A stretch of 64,000 bases of DNA from Pavona decussata (GCA_977016875.1 CDRNST010000196.1:2542001-2606000), one strand, 5' to 3'; shown: positions 25,735 through 39,295, numbered from the stretch's first letter. Numbers and translations are program-made. Notes: a model not told the origin generated them from the sequence alone.

Positions 25735-26445
25735 GCTATGTGTTTACACTTGAGCGTTTTACTGCAGTAACAAAGTTTACTTATCTAGGAAAAATTTTCT
25801 CGAGTGCAAACACCGCTGATACTCCGGTTAACGGCGCCGAAAACAATAAAAAATTTACTGTGGTGAAGCTTTTAACTACCCTACTCAAAGGCATGGTTGT
25901 CCCGGTACCCGAAATCAAGATGGCAGACATTTCCGCTTATGGTGACATGTTTCATAACACAACTGGTGTTCAAATCTCTTTGGCTTCTGATGTAGCGAAA
26001 CATTCCATATCAACAGCGTGTGCGAAACGATGGATATATTATATTTACATTACAGAAGGAGAGAAGTCATGTATATCGATTCTTTTTAATTTTCTGTCCC
26101 CGCAAATTCTGTATTGCCCAGTGTTCCCAGTGCGTTTCGTTCTGCCGTAAGGGAAAGTACACATCATACATATGGAATCAGTTGCAATTTCAAGGCCTGA
26201 CTTTGCCAAATGCTGCGTGAAAATATTTTAACAGCGACATGAATAATAGCTCCGGGGTTGTTTCTTTTTTACGGCCGTTCTTGACATTATTTGAATTTGT
26301 ATAAACAACTTGACAATTTACCAATGTTGAGTCAGTAAACGCAAACCTCGGTTACCCTACAAGCAGTAGTTTCTTTACTGGAGGCTACGTAGAAACCCAC
26401 TGCTCGCAGGGTAAACCTCGGTAAACGTTTAAGTGTAAACAGGGC
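25735..26445. mobile_element. Degenerate MITE bounded by TGTTTACACTT..AAGTGTAAACA inverted repeats (Harbinger-like ends)
   Basis: tgtttacacttgagcgttt at ~25741 versus aaacgtttaagtgtaaaca at ~26423. Confidence 0.4.
26353..26413. mobile_element. 61-bp hairpin mini-element (TACCCT..AGGGTA) with 9-bp TSD AACCTCGGT
   Basis: TSD at 26344-26352 and 26414-26422. Related sequence TACCCTGCGAGCAG..CTGCTCGCAG at ~4490, ~11778 and ~20611. Confidence 0.8.
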
Positions 26446-29400
26446 AAAAGTGAGATTCAAGATGATGAGGGATATTGGCACAGTAGGTAATCTTGAACAC
26501 CGGCTATTTCCAGATGAATCCGTTTCCCTTGGATACTTTGTGTTCGTTTACCATCGGCTGTCTCCTGTTTGCCATAGGCTCTCTGGAATGCGGTTGCCTC
26601 CTCGGTTCGAGCTGTAGCAAACAAGTCCTGATTTTAAAATGTTGAATGCGCAACGGAAACGACTTTGCTTAATTAATTACAATGATGTTTGTCTTTCCAA
26701 AAACTTGAATACCCTGAGGTGGTTATGTAGAATACCTCATTGTGGCCGATATGTTACAAGAAGGCCAAAATTTCGTATAGGAAACTGCAGAGCAAACGTT
26801 GCAACTCTAGATCAGTTACCCAAGTGATGAAAAATATGAAATAGTGTGAATATCAATCTTATTATTATAATTTCCCTTGCTGGGCGACAGGCAGGGTTCA
26901 CAACTGTTGAACTGTGTTTCATCTGAAGTCTCTATATATCAATCACAAACTTCCACGAAAGTGGAATTACTTATACTATTGCGTAGACATGCAATTGTGC
27001 TCGCTTGATCTTACACTCTAGCGAGCAAGCAAGCAAACGGTTCCAGCTTTATTTTACAACAAATCAGCTTTTAGTTTAAAATACGAAAATTAACACCACT
27101 TTCGATATCTCAAACAATTTTTTTCCGTTTCCCTTGAAAGTTCGAGATGCAGGAATCTGATGTAAACGTTAGCACGAGCGCTGAAAATGTTAATTAATTT
27201 TAAAAACACATGTTACTCTAAACCCGGGTCTAAAGTACACTGATTTCAGGGAGTGCCAGTGCAGTCATTAATGTTCCGCAAGAACGGACAGGCAACACAC
27301 CGTGTCCGACTCTGGGTCTCGAGTCGACCATTCAAATTAAAAATGCACCAAATTCAACAATTACAGCAATGGACAACACCAAACTCATGTATGTTCAGTT
27401 GGACGAAAAGATTCGCGCCCGGTCGTAATTAAAAACGCTTTAAGACAAGCCTGGCACCACATTCTCTGAGTTTGGCCTGCCACGAATTAAAATTGGCAAA
27501 ATGTTCTACACTGAATGGACATCACACCGTGTCCAACGCTGATTGTCCAAGTATCAGCTTTGCACGGAAATATTAAACATCCAATCAGTACAAGCGGAAA
27601 AAATAAGTGAAGATAGCAAACCGGAAACGAACTCTGCCTCCGAGTGGTCTCGTTAAGCATGTTAATATGCACCGAAAGAGGAATTGAATAACTTAAGTGG
27701 TCTCAGCTCAGAAGGACATAGAGTACTTAGGTTCGGTTAGCTCAAACTGGGCTGTGAGGCTTCCAGCCCAGGCTCAGTTTTGCACCTTGCTGAAAGTGTC
27801 TTCATGTAATTGCAAACTCTTTTCTTATATTATCTGTTACAGTGAGGAAGCCGGGCTGGAATTCACCGTGTAATCGGGCCCTTAGTCTTGATGGGCTCTT
27901 GATAGTTGATAGCCAGTTAACTTTAACGAGCCTGTTATACCGGAACGACACACCAGGTGTAAAATGCAAAGTGGATGTCATGTCAAAAATCCTTTATCAG
28001 AGAATATATTTACCTGTCAATATGATTTCAATGACCTTTAATTAAAAACTCTATGGTATCTAACCACCAGTGCTAATTTAGTCAGTCATCAACTGAAACT
28101 GGATATGCATGAAAAACCATGTTGTCTAAAGCTACAGCTGGAAACAGTTTGAAGACAATTTGCTATTGGGTAAAAGTACTGTGATACTATACTAGACTGG
28201 GTTGTTTGCTCAGTATAGTTATCCTCTTTAATTTTTCTTTTTTCTCTTGTTTGAATTCGGGCGCAGCCACGCGTAATTCTAATCTCTGTCTAAACTAAGA
28301 ATGTATGTTATTTGGCCGGTAGGAAGGTACCGACTGCGAACCAGTTATTTGTGTTATATGAGACGTGGTCTTTCTGTCATTCCTCTCTCTCTTTCTCTCT
28401 CTCTTCCTCTCTACCTTTCCACATTTTGTGTCCGTTTTACCCTTCGAAAGCGGGGTTACTGTGCATTGATCAAGCTGGGGAGGCTCTACCCAAAATGGCG
28501 TACAGTTATCATCCTCGTGTGTAAATCAGTTGAACCTCCATGGAGCACTCAGGCCCCTCCAGGTATTCATTGGTCAGTACAGAAATGACAGCTGTTACCT
28601 TCAGCTTCGTGTCTGAGCCCACACACTCACCCGGCCGTCAAAATAATCGTGTACATAATAATGTTCTTTTAGTGCCATTAATTCCCTTCATAACATTTGT
28701 CACTCCAACACGTTTTCCAACAGTGCCGAGAAGTATTCCCCAACACCGCAATGCACTTTTATGTTAAGTTAATAAAGTCTATTGGACAAACAGTAAGCAA
28801 AACATTTTCCTGCACGAGTTGTTTTGACTGCGAAACAAACCTGACTTGACACCATGCAGAGACGTGATATGAAAACACGCAGAGATTTCGCAATGCAAAG
28901 TTGCATAATTATTGGAATGCGTGACATTGACGTCATTGCGGTTTTTGAAGAGGTTTGGGAACTCATGTTATCGAACGTCAACGGTATGTAGTAACGCGAG
29001 CTGGTTGTATGTAGATCGCAAGATTTAGGAGTGGTAGAGCAGTGGCTGTAAGGATTACCAAACGAAGTAACTCGTTTAGTGACGTTTATGAAAGGAAGGG
29101 AAACACCCATCCACCGAGCATAAAATAATTGGGGAAAAATTCGCTTGATTTTATAACATAATATGTGTCCGAATTGGTGCAATATCATTAATATACACGT
29201 TAGCGAACTTTAACCCATATTAACAGTAAGTGTGTATAACCTCTTATTTTTCATAAACAAAATCGATCCATGCCTAAAGTTGCATTAAAAGAGAATAATT
29301 CAAGAGATTTAAGCTGGTTGGTAGGCGAGATTTCCCGCCAATTTTGTCGAAACGTATTCCGGAAGGTGACATTTTGAATGTTCATTAATAAGCGAGATCG

Positions 29401-30248
29401 TGGAATAAATTAAAACATTTTCTTATTAGCAAGCCTCGTTATATTTTTTCCCCAGAAAGTTGGTACGTGATATTTACCAATGTGCAGATGGTTATGTATT
29501 GCAATGTGTAGATAACATGAACTTCGCAAGTGGCTGTGTGGTTTTATTTATCGTCATCACTTAAAGGTCAACTTTTAGTCGTGCACATGACAAACATATA
29601 CAAACAAAAGTTTACCCTAAATGTGTTACATCTGATTTTAAAGATATAATAACTGTAAAGAAGAATGTTATTATTTTGTTTTGATATTGAATTTTTCTCG
29701 TACCTAGGAAGGGCAAGATTTTTTGAAAACAGGCTCAGTGATTAAATCGTACTGATAAACTTGTACGATCGACATGTGAAAGTTATGTGCAAAAATGTTT
29801 ATAAAAGCACAATGACAAAGAACACACATGTTCTAAGATGTAATCAAGATAGGTGAGGGCTGAATTAAACGCCGATGAAGTTGTTTAGAAATATATACGC
29901 AATAGTTTCAGATGTAAAATATTTTTTTAACTAGGCTTCGTAATAGCACATCTGTGAACAAAACAATGAATTATAAACTGTATGTCAAAAATTTATTGTC
30001 AAAATACTTTAGTCACTGGGGCACTGAGTACAAGAAAGAAAAATAATCACCCGGAAACCACGCGAGGGAAGGAAACAAAGGCCAAATACGTCACCTTTAT
30101 TCCCGTTTGTCAGACACATCAACCGGAAACGCCTCCCACTCACTGTCAAACTCAAGCGACTCAGTTGCAAAACAAATTTAAGGAACGACTTCCTTCAGAC
30201 TCAGTGCAGAGCTTGCATCTTCCTCTCAAAGGACTGGCTTTTACGAAA

Positions 30249-30420
30249 ATGAGTTTTTTCGCCTTCGATCCCGAGCTAGAGCAAAAGTTAAATGACATAG
30301 ATGAGTTTATTAAGTCGCAATGTGGAGAGGAGTTAACGGCTGGGTTTGACCAAAGCGAGTGGCTTTTACCTTCACAAGCCGGGGAAGCCCCAACACAGCT
30401 CAGCTACTGGAACGTAAAAG
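30249..30420 (+). CDS. Gene A exon 1 (MSFFAFDPELEQKLNDIDEFIK..SYWNVK)
   Basis: AAAATGA start context; AAG|GTAGTT donor, phase 1, compatible with exon 2. No paralogue in the window to confirm it. Confidence 0.6.
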
Positions 30421-33400
30421 GTAGTTGTCAGAATTTTGTTCATATAAGGCACTTACGGAGAAAGGATGTGATTTTGGCACGGAAAGGAAGGGTGTAGCGG
30501 CGTAACCAAGTTACGTGGCAAACAGCTATCAAAAAAGCTGGGAGTTACAATAATGTTAGTCTACCTCTTAACCTCTTTGGTTAGGTTTCGCTTCTAGATT
30601 GGAAAATATGAAGATTTTTTGACCTCAAGATAATTAATTGAACTTGAAAATTTCAGCTAATCCGGACTTTGGGTGGACAAATTCAACAAGAATTACAAAT
30701 GATTCTCACCACATTACGGCTGACTGACGTTAAGAAAATTTAAACCGCCAAACTCACATAACCTGACCCAAGTTTCAGTGCTACCAAATCGTAAAACTAC
30801 AGGTTTGAAGTGCTTCACCTGTTATTACTTGTGTTTGAACGATCTTTTATAACAAAACAGGTAGGTGTAGGCGATTTTCAAGCAATGTTTGGTAATTAGA
30901 TGTGGCGTCCCTCCCGCGAGACAAGCGACCGTTTAGTAATGGTTGCCTTGCCTTGGAACAGTTCATCGCACCCTCTTGTGCACGTGCTTTCTAGATCCGG
31001 CTTGGTTCTCTGTTATTTTTTCCTCTTTGTAAGCAAACCCAGACAATTGGTTGACAATAAATGTACTTTCCGCGTGTACTATGCAATGATAAGAGCCTTT
31101 TATGAGCTCTCATGGGTCAAGCAGCTGAGACATGGATGGAGCGTTGGCGGTGGCGTGTACTCGTGTGAATATTGGAATCACAGTAATATCTTTAAATGGA
31201 AGCATTTACTTTTTGATCAGGTAACAAGCTTTGTAAAGGGTTTTTAAGTGTCAAAAGAAGAAACAGTTTCATTTCAGTGAGTAATCAGTAATTGAAAGAT
31301 CCTGTTTCCTTCCCGTTCATGACATGTCTAAACGGAAAACAAACTGGTTCTCGTATTATAAGACGTGCGAGCAAGCTTACAAGTTAGCTCATGCACCAAA
31401 CACCAATATAAATAACAACAGTATTGTACGTCTGCCGTTAACATTACTTCACCGTTTTTATTGGATTTTAACCTTGGCTCCACCAAGAAAAACCAATCAA
31501 GGGCATGGCCGCTGATGCAATTAACACGTAATACAACTGCACATACAGTTAACGTAAGGTTAGTTTCATGGTAATTCCTAAAAAAATATGAGAGAAGAAC
31601 GATAGAAAGTAAACCATAATTACGATATCGAAGTTATAACTTTTGTTCCATGCAGTTTTATTTCATACTGATCACGAATGAAGAGAAGATTCTAAGGTTT
31701 GTGAAACGTTCTAAACGCTCCGACATATCAGTTTACCAAGGAAAACGTAAAACCTATGGTACCAAACAATAATCAAAGCTCCTTTTTATTTGTAGTGGTC
31801 CAACTTTCTGAAAATACAAAATGAAAATGTAGTGCATGTTTCCATACGAGTAGTCTTAAACATCTATAGAATTGATAAATAATTAAGATGACTTCAAATT
31901 TTTCTGCCCTCCTTGAAAACAACATGGGACGAATTTGACAATTTTGAATTTGGTAATGGTAGGATTTGTCAATTGGCCTTCCATTACATTGGCTTTGGTT
32001 CCCTATGCGATTTGTTTTCTGACCCAGAAAGGTATGTTCTTTATGTCTTTATTGATGAGAAATACACTACCATTATTTGCAAAAAGGAGAAACATTATTA
32101 CTTGAAAATGGCCATGGCAGTGGGTGAAACCGAGACGAATGGCTACTGGCCATCGAATTTATTGGAGAGAAATTGCTAAATGCAGCATTTTATGGAAGAA
32201 CATGGTGTTGTAAGTGTCCACTATCTTCTACTCGTTGCAATCTAAAAAGCGTGGGTAGGTTTGTTTTCAAGCATCAAACATAACAGTTAGAGATGATTAG
32301 AGATGGAGTTTCAACCAAACGAAAGCTCAACTGAACAAATGGTAAAATTAGCGTGGAAAATTTGTCCTTCTTAATTCAATCACAACCAAGTAGATTCTCC
32401 TGTAATAACATCGTATTGTGTTTTGTATCAAATTAAGAACTTATGAGGTGAGTCAGGAGAATGTCAAAAATAAAAAGAGCCTCTAATGGAACTAAAGAAA
32501 CAAGGAATTGGGCTTGGTTTTACTGCAGGACATTACACTCTTGATAAGGACTTGCAAACATATGATGCAGTGTACTGACAAATTCCTTCTTTTCTTTTCA
32601 CTTTTATACTCTCAAATGCAATGTAACTGATACCTCACAATGTGAAAGCAAAAGACGTTTAAAACTGAACTATTAGCAAGTCAATGTTTCGTTTTCTTAG
32701 CCTAATACTTCACTGAGAACACCAGACCTGAAGAAAGCAGAGACCAATATGGCGGACAAGATTGACTCAATTTTAAATGTATCATAAGTAAAAACATCAG
32801 ATTGACATCAGCTGATCTGTTCATTTCATGCTACGTCGAAGGGAAAAAGGTTGAAAACCACCAGACACACAGTAAAGAACAAACCTGTCAAAAAGGCAAT
32901 TGAAAAATAAGCAAATACTGGTGAACAGGCTTTATTTTATGATAATCATCATCATAGATCTATCAGATGTCACTTGTACTCGCACGAAAAAGTCCATTAT
33001 CGGCCAAAAGACAGGTAATTATGCTTCCTAGTGAGTATTCGTTGTTGCCTGGAAGGCTTTACAATCATGATATTACTCTTTATAAAGACAATTTGCAAGG
33101 GATTGACAGAAAAACAACCAAAAAGCCCCAAAGCCACCAGCACAACAACCATGACAACATGGCGGGCACATTGTGAATCACTGATTCTTCATGCATGCTT
33201 CCTAGAAAGATGTTTGCTCAGCACCGTCACGATCGTTGTCCACAACATCTTCCTGTTGTAAAGAACTGCCTGAAGTTTAATTTTTTTCTGAAGTACTTGT
33301 GCTTTAAAAAGGATTGACTTTAAAGCTTATAAGCAAATATGTTATTTGGTTCAAAGACAAAGAAACGAAGAGAGACTGCGTAAATTCAAACACAGTTACT

Positions 33401-36400
33401 GACACAGGTCTACTCTTGACCGGGAAAGAAAAAATTGACAATGTCTACCAAAAACGAAGTGACTGCGTAATTCAACAGTTACTGAAACAGTTGAGGAACC
33501 TACATTTGCCAGAGAAAATTACAACATTTGTCGTTTTATGCATTAAACGAGACAATATCTTAGTTATTCAGCAAGGATAGGTCTTCAAAGACTGGTGCCT
33601 GAAATTAATCTCAAGGACGACGTTCACTTGGAAAAACTTAGCAAACCAGCAATCCCGCATCTCCTTCAGTGATATCATTTAACTTGTTTTCTACGTTGAT
33701 TTTATTTCGATAATAAAATTAAGCCTTTATGGACGGTATAAACGAGAAAACATGCAACATTGACCGGAAATTAATTTTCCTTTCACTGAAGAAAATGGTC
33801 AGTAAAATTGATAACGTCATCTCGGTCTAACTGTTGCTTTTCCATTAACGTTACAGATTCTTGAAAGTATAGCAATGATGGGACGAAAGCATCGTTTTTA
33901 TCGCTGCTTCAGTTTGTTAAAAAAAAATGCGCCAGAAGGCACAAGGCATCTACAATTTGGAGATTCATAACTGTGGCTCGCTTTTCCCTGTCCAAATACG
34001 GCTATACCATCATCATCTTTGAGTATCTTAAGACAAAGGCTTGGCCTATGGAAAACAGGAAGTTTTTAGCTTCAATATTCGACCTTGACAGCTAAGTTTT
34101 ATTCCATATCATCCATTCAGCCCACGCACACTGAAGTGATTAGGCAAATGATTTAGTTTAGAAACTTTGTTGCAACCCACGAAAACCTACTGGGAATCTT
34201 AGACCGTTAGTCTTCATCAACCAATCCGTGGTCTCCGCTTATTTTTTTAAACAAGGAGTACAGTCTAGATGGCAGGATAAACTTTTGAAGTATACAGCTT
34301 ACTTAGGTCTAAGAATTTATGTAAGACAAAAAGTGTATGACAAAAAAGATGATAGATATTACATCAAAACAACAGCAGGAGTGTGTCGTGGACGTCAAGT
34401 TAATCAGCTGCTGGTACATGTATGCTTGACCAGTTGTTTTGGCAGAAGAAATGTACTGACAGAAGCAATAGCATATACATTGTAGCTTCAAGCGAGAAGA
34501 GTTTAGTCATTAGGAATTATAAAGTGGTTTTCTTACTTTTCAGTTCCACTGACAACTGCAAAGCACCCTTTGCTTCAAGAGTTTAAAAGAGGACCAACAA
34601 TCTCTCCCTAATAGTCCATGATAACTGGGGCATAAGCAATGTTAAAATGAACAAAAGTGTTTCAGTGCAATTATATTAAGTTCTGCAAAATTAATAAACC
34701 ACAATATCGTGATACATGGCACACAACAAGCTCATCATATCATGGATATTAGTGTGGGAGGAAACATCCACCATGTACTTAAACGTAAGAAACTATATTT
34801 AAAAGCATGTTCTGAGCAGAACGAAATTGTTTTCGCCCACGCCAAGCGGAAAAACATGAATCATTCATTTCAATAACTCGTCGGTTGCAGGTGAGGCAAT
34901 TCAGGGTGCAAAAATTACTGTTTGAACAAGCCTCGTTTTAAAACGACTGGGTAACAAACTGAAAAAACAGCACTAAATCCATTTCAAAAATATATCAAGT
35001 TAAAACTGCCAAGCATAATAACTGCTGTACTACTCTTATTTTGTAGAATTTTCGTGTTTTCCTTTATGTGTATGTGTGTGTTAGTCTTCCATAATTTTAA
35101 ATTACATCCGGTTTTAGCTGGGGTACAATGTTGTCATTTCGAGTTGTTTTTTTTCCTGTTTCATTTCAGCTACTGCTAAATGATTACTTCTCTCACTAAA
35201 ATCAAAAGCTTCTTTTGAGGGGAGTTGGGTGGAACGGTGTAAATGGTTGGAGTAATTTTACAGGCTTTAAATCAGAAACTTGCTTTGCAGGCTGCAATTT
35301 CACGCTAGTATGGTTTTTCCCGCGTGATCTCACAAAAATAACCATGTTGATGATCACGGTGCCTGTGATTTGAAACAATGATACGGGTCAAAGCTTAAAT
35401 CAACACTTTTTTTTTATCCTCATGATTTTTTACTCAAACTAATCGGTCTAATCACATTTAATGTCGCTGATGCACATCGACCCATGAGCCAAAAAGGAAA
35501 ATTACTTAAAGCTATTTACGATTTGTGTCACGTACAAAGCAGAGCGGAACTTCAGCGGCTGAACGTGTGCTTCTCATTAGACTTATCAATATTATAAGAC
35601 AAGGAACTCTTTGTAACTGTCACACTGATTATAACTGAAGTCCCGGCCGTATACTTGTTAGCTTCTGTGCATAGGCTCAACCTTTACATCAAGTCATGAT
35701 CATTAATTGTTGCAGTTTTGTTAATGCTTAACAGTTGTGAAGCAGATATTTCTAGTTACAGAACACTGAGAATATACTGAAAGTCATCCGGCGTATAGCA
35801 TAAGAACACCATCGGATGTTTTTCGACTTCTTTTCAATTAGGAGAGTGTATCGCCGTTCCCCTTCCCTCCACTCCAGGACTTGTAACGAGGCAGAGATGT
35901 CCTAGTTTGTGGACAACGCAACTTGTGACTAGTGTAGCAACCTTAATATTATCAAAAAAATATGAACCAAGTTCCTTTTTTTTTGCAAACAGCTGAGCCA
36001 AGGTTCTCTGGTCCTTGTGGTTCCAAGACGGACGTGCTGCTGAATGATCCTTACACAAAAGATCTACAACCCGAAGTACGGGTTCAAATATTGAACCTTA
36101 TGGACATGTATGACAAAAGAACAGTCAAAACATCCGGCAAGTACGAGTATCGATTGGGATGGTCAGAAGTAACTATTGTGGCCCGTGCAAGCAAGGAAAT
36201 TAAAAGAGTTCGAGTATATGTCCAAAGATGCCCTGAAGCAGCAGCGAGAACAAACGACACAACAGGTACGCCACTTAATTTTACATCAACTCATGTAAAT
36301 GCAGATGCATCACTTTATTCAACCGGCAGGAAGACCCCCATGTATACCGTTGCAAACAAAAAACCTTTGAAATCCACTCTCCTTTCCAAAATGAAATTTT

Positions 36401-39295
36401 GATGCATCCTGAAGAAGCCGCTTTTTGCATCAGTTCACTTTGTTTCCCGACGAAATTTTACATTTTGACATTACGTCTAATCAAGCAGTCAAGCAAAACA
36501 TTAAGATATCGCCTCTCGCTTTAATTACTTGTATATCAACGTTAATATTTTTGTTTTACCTTTAACTGGAACAGGTCCTGTTGAGTTACGAGTTAATTTG
36601 CAGCACCACGACCAGTCACAGACCGTTGTCTCAGTAGATTTGGGCTCCGTCCACAGAACGGAAGAAGGGAATGCGGTGTACCGACTAGACAAGGCTGATA
36701 TCACAGAAAGAAACAAATGGGAGCTTGTCGTTATGATTGGTTTGCATACCGGAGACATTACGACTGTCAAGTCAAAACCATTCAGGATCACCACAAGAGC
36801 AAGTCAGAAATCCAAGAGTCCAGAACTAGACACCTCAAGTAAGTGTAAAATTGATTAAAATATTAAATATAAAGTTGTCACTAATTGGTTATCATCATTT
36901 TGGATCCCCTAGTTTTATCAATTAATACTGTAATTAGATTGCATCAAGCTGACCAAGCAGTTTAAGCCTTTAAACTACAACACTCTTGGAATTTATTTTT
37001 AAAACCCACGACAAGTGATGTGGAGACTGACAAACAAGTGCTTTTCATAAACCCAAAAAGACCTGAGATTTCGGTTGAAAAACAAATGGGACCATGAGTC
37101 AGATCCATTGGACAACTTTTCCTGCAATGTTTCCCATCTGTACGAAGAAACCATTTTGAGTGCGCTTTGGTAAGGTTGGCTAGGAAAATTCGAAAAACAC
37201 TATAAAACTCTAAGAAAGAGAGATTAGTTCTTGTGCAAAGTGTAAATTATTTTCTAAACAACCCAGTGAAAATGTATGCAAAAGTTATTCAGCGGAACGT
37301 TGTGCTGGAAAAAAAAAACAAGCGAGTATAAAATACCCAGCCTTATAACAACGCATTTCATTATACCGCGTTATTTCTTCAAATCTAGGCTTTCGACAGT
37401 GATTTTATTGCGCGTCCTCTGGAACAGTGTAATGTGCTCTCATATTTGTGATCGTGTTGACTGCGTCACTTATATACGTTTCTTTCTTTGTTAGATGCCC
37501 TTGGAGATGACGTACACAAGGTATCCTCAAAATGCTGTGAAAGTGCAACAGGCTCTGATATCTCAGAAGTCCCAGCAGGTATGCAAAACTAGTTTCTAAA
37601 ACTTTGGACAGTTGTTTATTGCATCTAGTACATCCGGTGTGAGTTGCATAAAATTTAACGTCGGGCGTAACTGCTAACGCGAGACCTTCAGCCCAGTCAC
37701 ATTCATTATTTTTACGTCTAACGATAGCATTTACACCAGCCGTTAAGTTTTATGCAACTCGTCCCAGGAAAATAAAATAAGTAGTGTGGTTCACCATGCT
37801 TTTTTTCACGATATAATGCTAATATATAACATTAGCCTTATATAATATTCTATATAACATTCTAATATATATAACCACTTTCTTAGTTTGAGACAGTATT
37901 ATTGAAAACCTGGCCTAAAAGAAAGGCTCCCATTACTTCCAGAAAATGATCCCATCAATAAATTTAATGATTATTCTTGCAAATAGCACAACAGTCGGTT
38001 TCAGTAGAATGCCTTTAAGTTGCCAACAAAAGGAAGCTAATAACATAACAGGGCAATGTGAGTATGTACGCTTTACAAAGCGTGAATACATGGGGATCCC
38101 CACGCTCGTTTAGAAGGAAACGAACAATTATATTTCCTTCAAGATTAACCTCAAAGCAAAACCACAGTGTTCTGCATGTGCGCGGGCTAATGATGGAAGA
38201 AATTATGAGTAGTAAGGATGCACAATATAATTCACTGGGATCACCGTACCCTGAAGGACGAATACACTGATGGTTATAGACAATTTTGCAAACTATTGAT
38301 CAAGGAGAACAACCCTGCATCCTTGTAGAACTTAGCCTTGGTGTGATAGTGTATGTAGTTCCAAGCTAAGCTTCTATATGCTTCTTCTAACAGAATCGTT
38401 TGATACAAGCGCTGTTGTGAACAGAGTAGCGTCAAAGCTTCGCCAGGAACTTTCCAAGTTCCATCTACACGACTCGATTCGCAATCCAACTCAGTCAGTC
38501 TTCAGGACGGACCCCCTCATTTTCGGTAAAGTCGTTCTTCGACCAGATACGACATTGGACAAGAAAAAGGTATATAACACACATACACATGACGCTCCTG
38601 ATATGAAGAGCCCTTGCACAAAATTGTATGAAGGCTCTCCTTGTTCGCTCGTTGCTTTGGACCAATACTGATAGATTTTATGATGCGCAATGATACAATA
38701 AAGAATCCAAAGTAGTGTACCATTGCTAGCTAAATTTCAATCTGCCAGTCACTTGACAAAGTTGCCAGATGTACTTGACGATATCTCACTTACTCCCCCC
38801 TAACGAAATTCAATGTTTAAGACATCATTTGATTGTCAGTGTTCTGAATGCTCCTTCGCCTTATTCTTTTTGTCGTACTCACTTTTGGCGCCAGTAAAAC
38901 TGATGATTCTTTCATTTTCCCAGGTATCATCTTACTACAACCGAGATGTTCGTGCTCGTTATGTCGTTGAACAGCCTGATCTTCCAGTTCTGCTAAAACT
39001 TATGAGCCGAAACACAACTTGTACGAGTGGTGGACGAAGAAGAGCAAATGGCTTCAAAACTGCTGAAGAGGACTTTTGGTGGGCGTGTGGGCTGTGCTTC
39101 TTTGAAAGACGAAAAAAATCAACTGTTAAAGCCCACGTGGCTCAGCGGGTTTGTCAGAAAACATCATTGAGAAAAGAAATGAGACAGAGAAGAAAAGCAA
39201 TGGGACATTTGAAAAGATATGCAAGCTGTGAATTTAGTACCGAGGGAATTGAAGAGATGGAACAATTCACATGGAAAAGTCCTCTTTCTGTTTAA
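30249..39295 (+). CDS. Gene A: six-exon gene, 446 aa, putative DNA-binding protein (acidic N-terminus, beta-sandwich-like domain, CCHC zinc finger). Exons 30249-30420, 35993-36265, 36575-36838, 37495-37578, 38394-38569, 38924-39295
   Basis: All junctions are GT-AG with polypyrimidine tracts; phases 1,1,1,1,0 join into a single 1341-nt frame. Exons 2, 3, 5 and 6 have clear homologues in gene B. Confidence 0.8.
35993..36265 (+). CDS. Gene A exon 2 (..YEYRLGWSEVTIVARASKEIKRVRVYVQRCPEAAARTNDTT)
   Basis: T-rich tract then CAG acceptor; CAG|GTACG donor; homologous to 63927-64000 on the minus strand. Confidence 0.85.
36575..36838 (+). CDS. Gene A exon 3 (GPVELRV..VDLGSV..ERNKWELVV..SKPFRITTRA)
   Basis: ACAG acceptor, A|GTAAGT donor; ungapped homology to 63553-63804 on the minus strand. 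Confidence 0.9.
37495..37578 (+). CDS. Gene A exon 4, 84-bp symmetric linker exon
   Basis: TTTCTTTGTTAG acceptor, CAG|GTATGC donor; open in phase 1-1. Confidence 0.65.
38394..38569 (+). CDS. Gene A exon 5 (..FGKVVLRPDTTLDKKK)
   Basis: CTTCTTCTAACAG acceptor, AAG|GTATAT donor; phase 1-0; end resembles gene B ERIAFQQNTVLDRHA. Confidence 0.75.
38924..39295 (+). CDS. Gene A terminal exon with C-x2-C-x12-H-x5-C zinc finger
   Basis: TTTTCCCAG acceptor; WWACGLCFFERRKKSTVKAHVAQRVC; homologous to the gene B terminal exons. Confidence 0.9.
   Translation, partial: VSSYYNRDVRARYVVEQPDLPVLLKLMSRNTTCTSGGRRRANGFKTAEEDFWWACGLCFFERRKKSTVKAHVAQRVCQKTSLRKEMRQRRKAMGHLKRYASCEFSTEGIEEMEQFTWKSPLSV

Noticed and set aside
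28769-29188. 139-aa minus-strand ORF and overlapping short plus-strand frame
   Set aside because: Non-ATG start, no recognisable motif, no splice or paralogue support.
29982-30248. Upstream part of the 171-aa ORF 29982-30497
   Set aside because: Looks like promoter/5'UTR; the ATG at 30249 has the better context and marks a compositional shift, though the longer start cannot be formally excluded.
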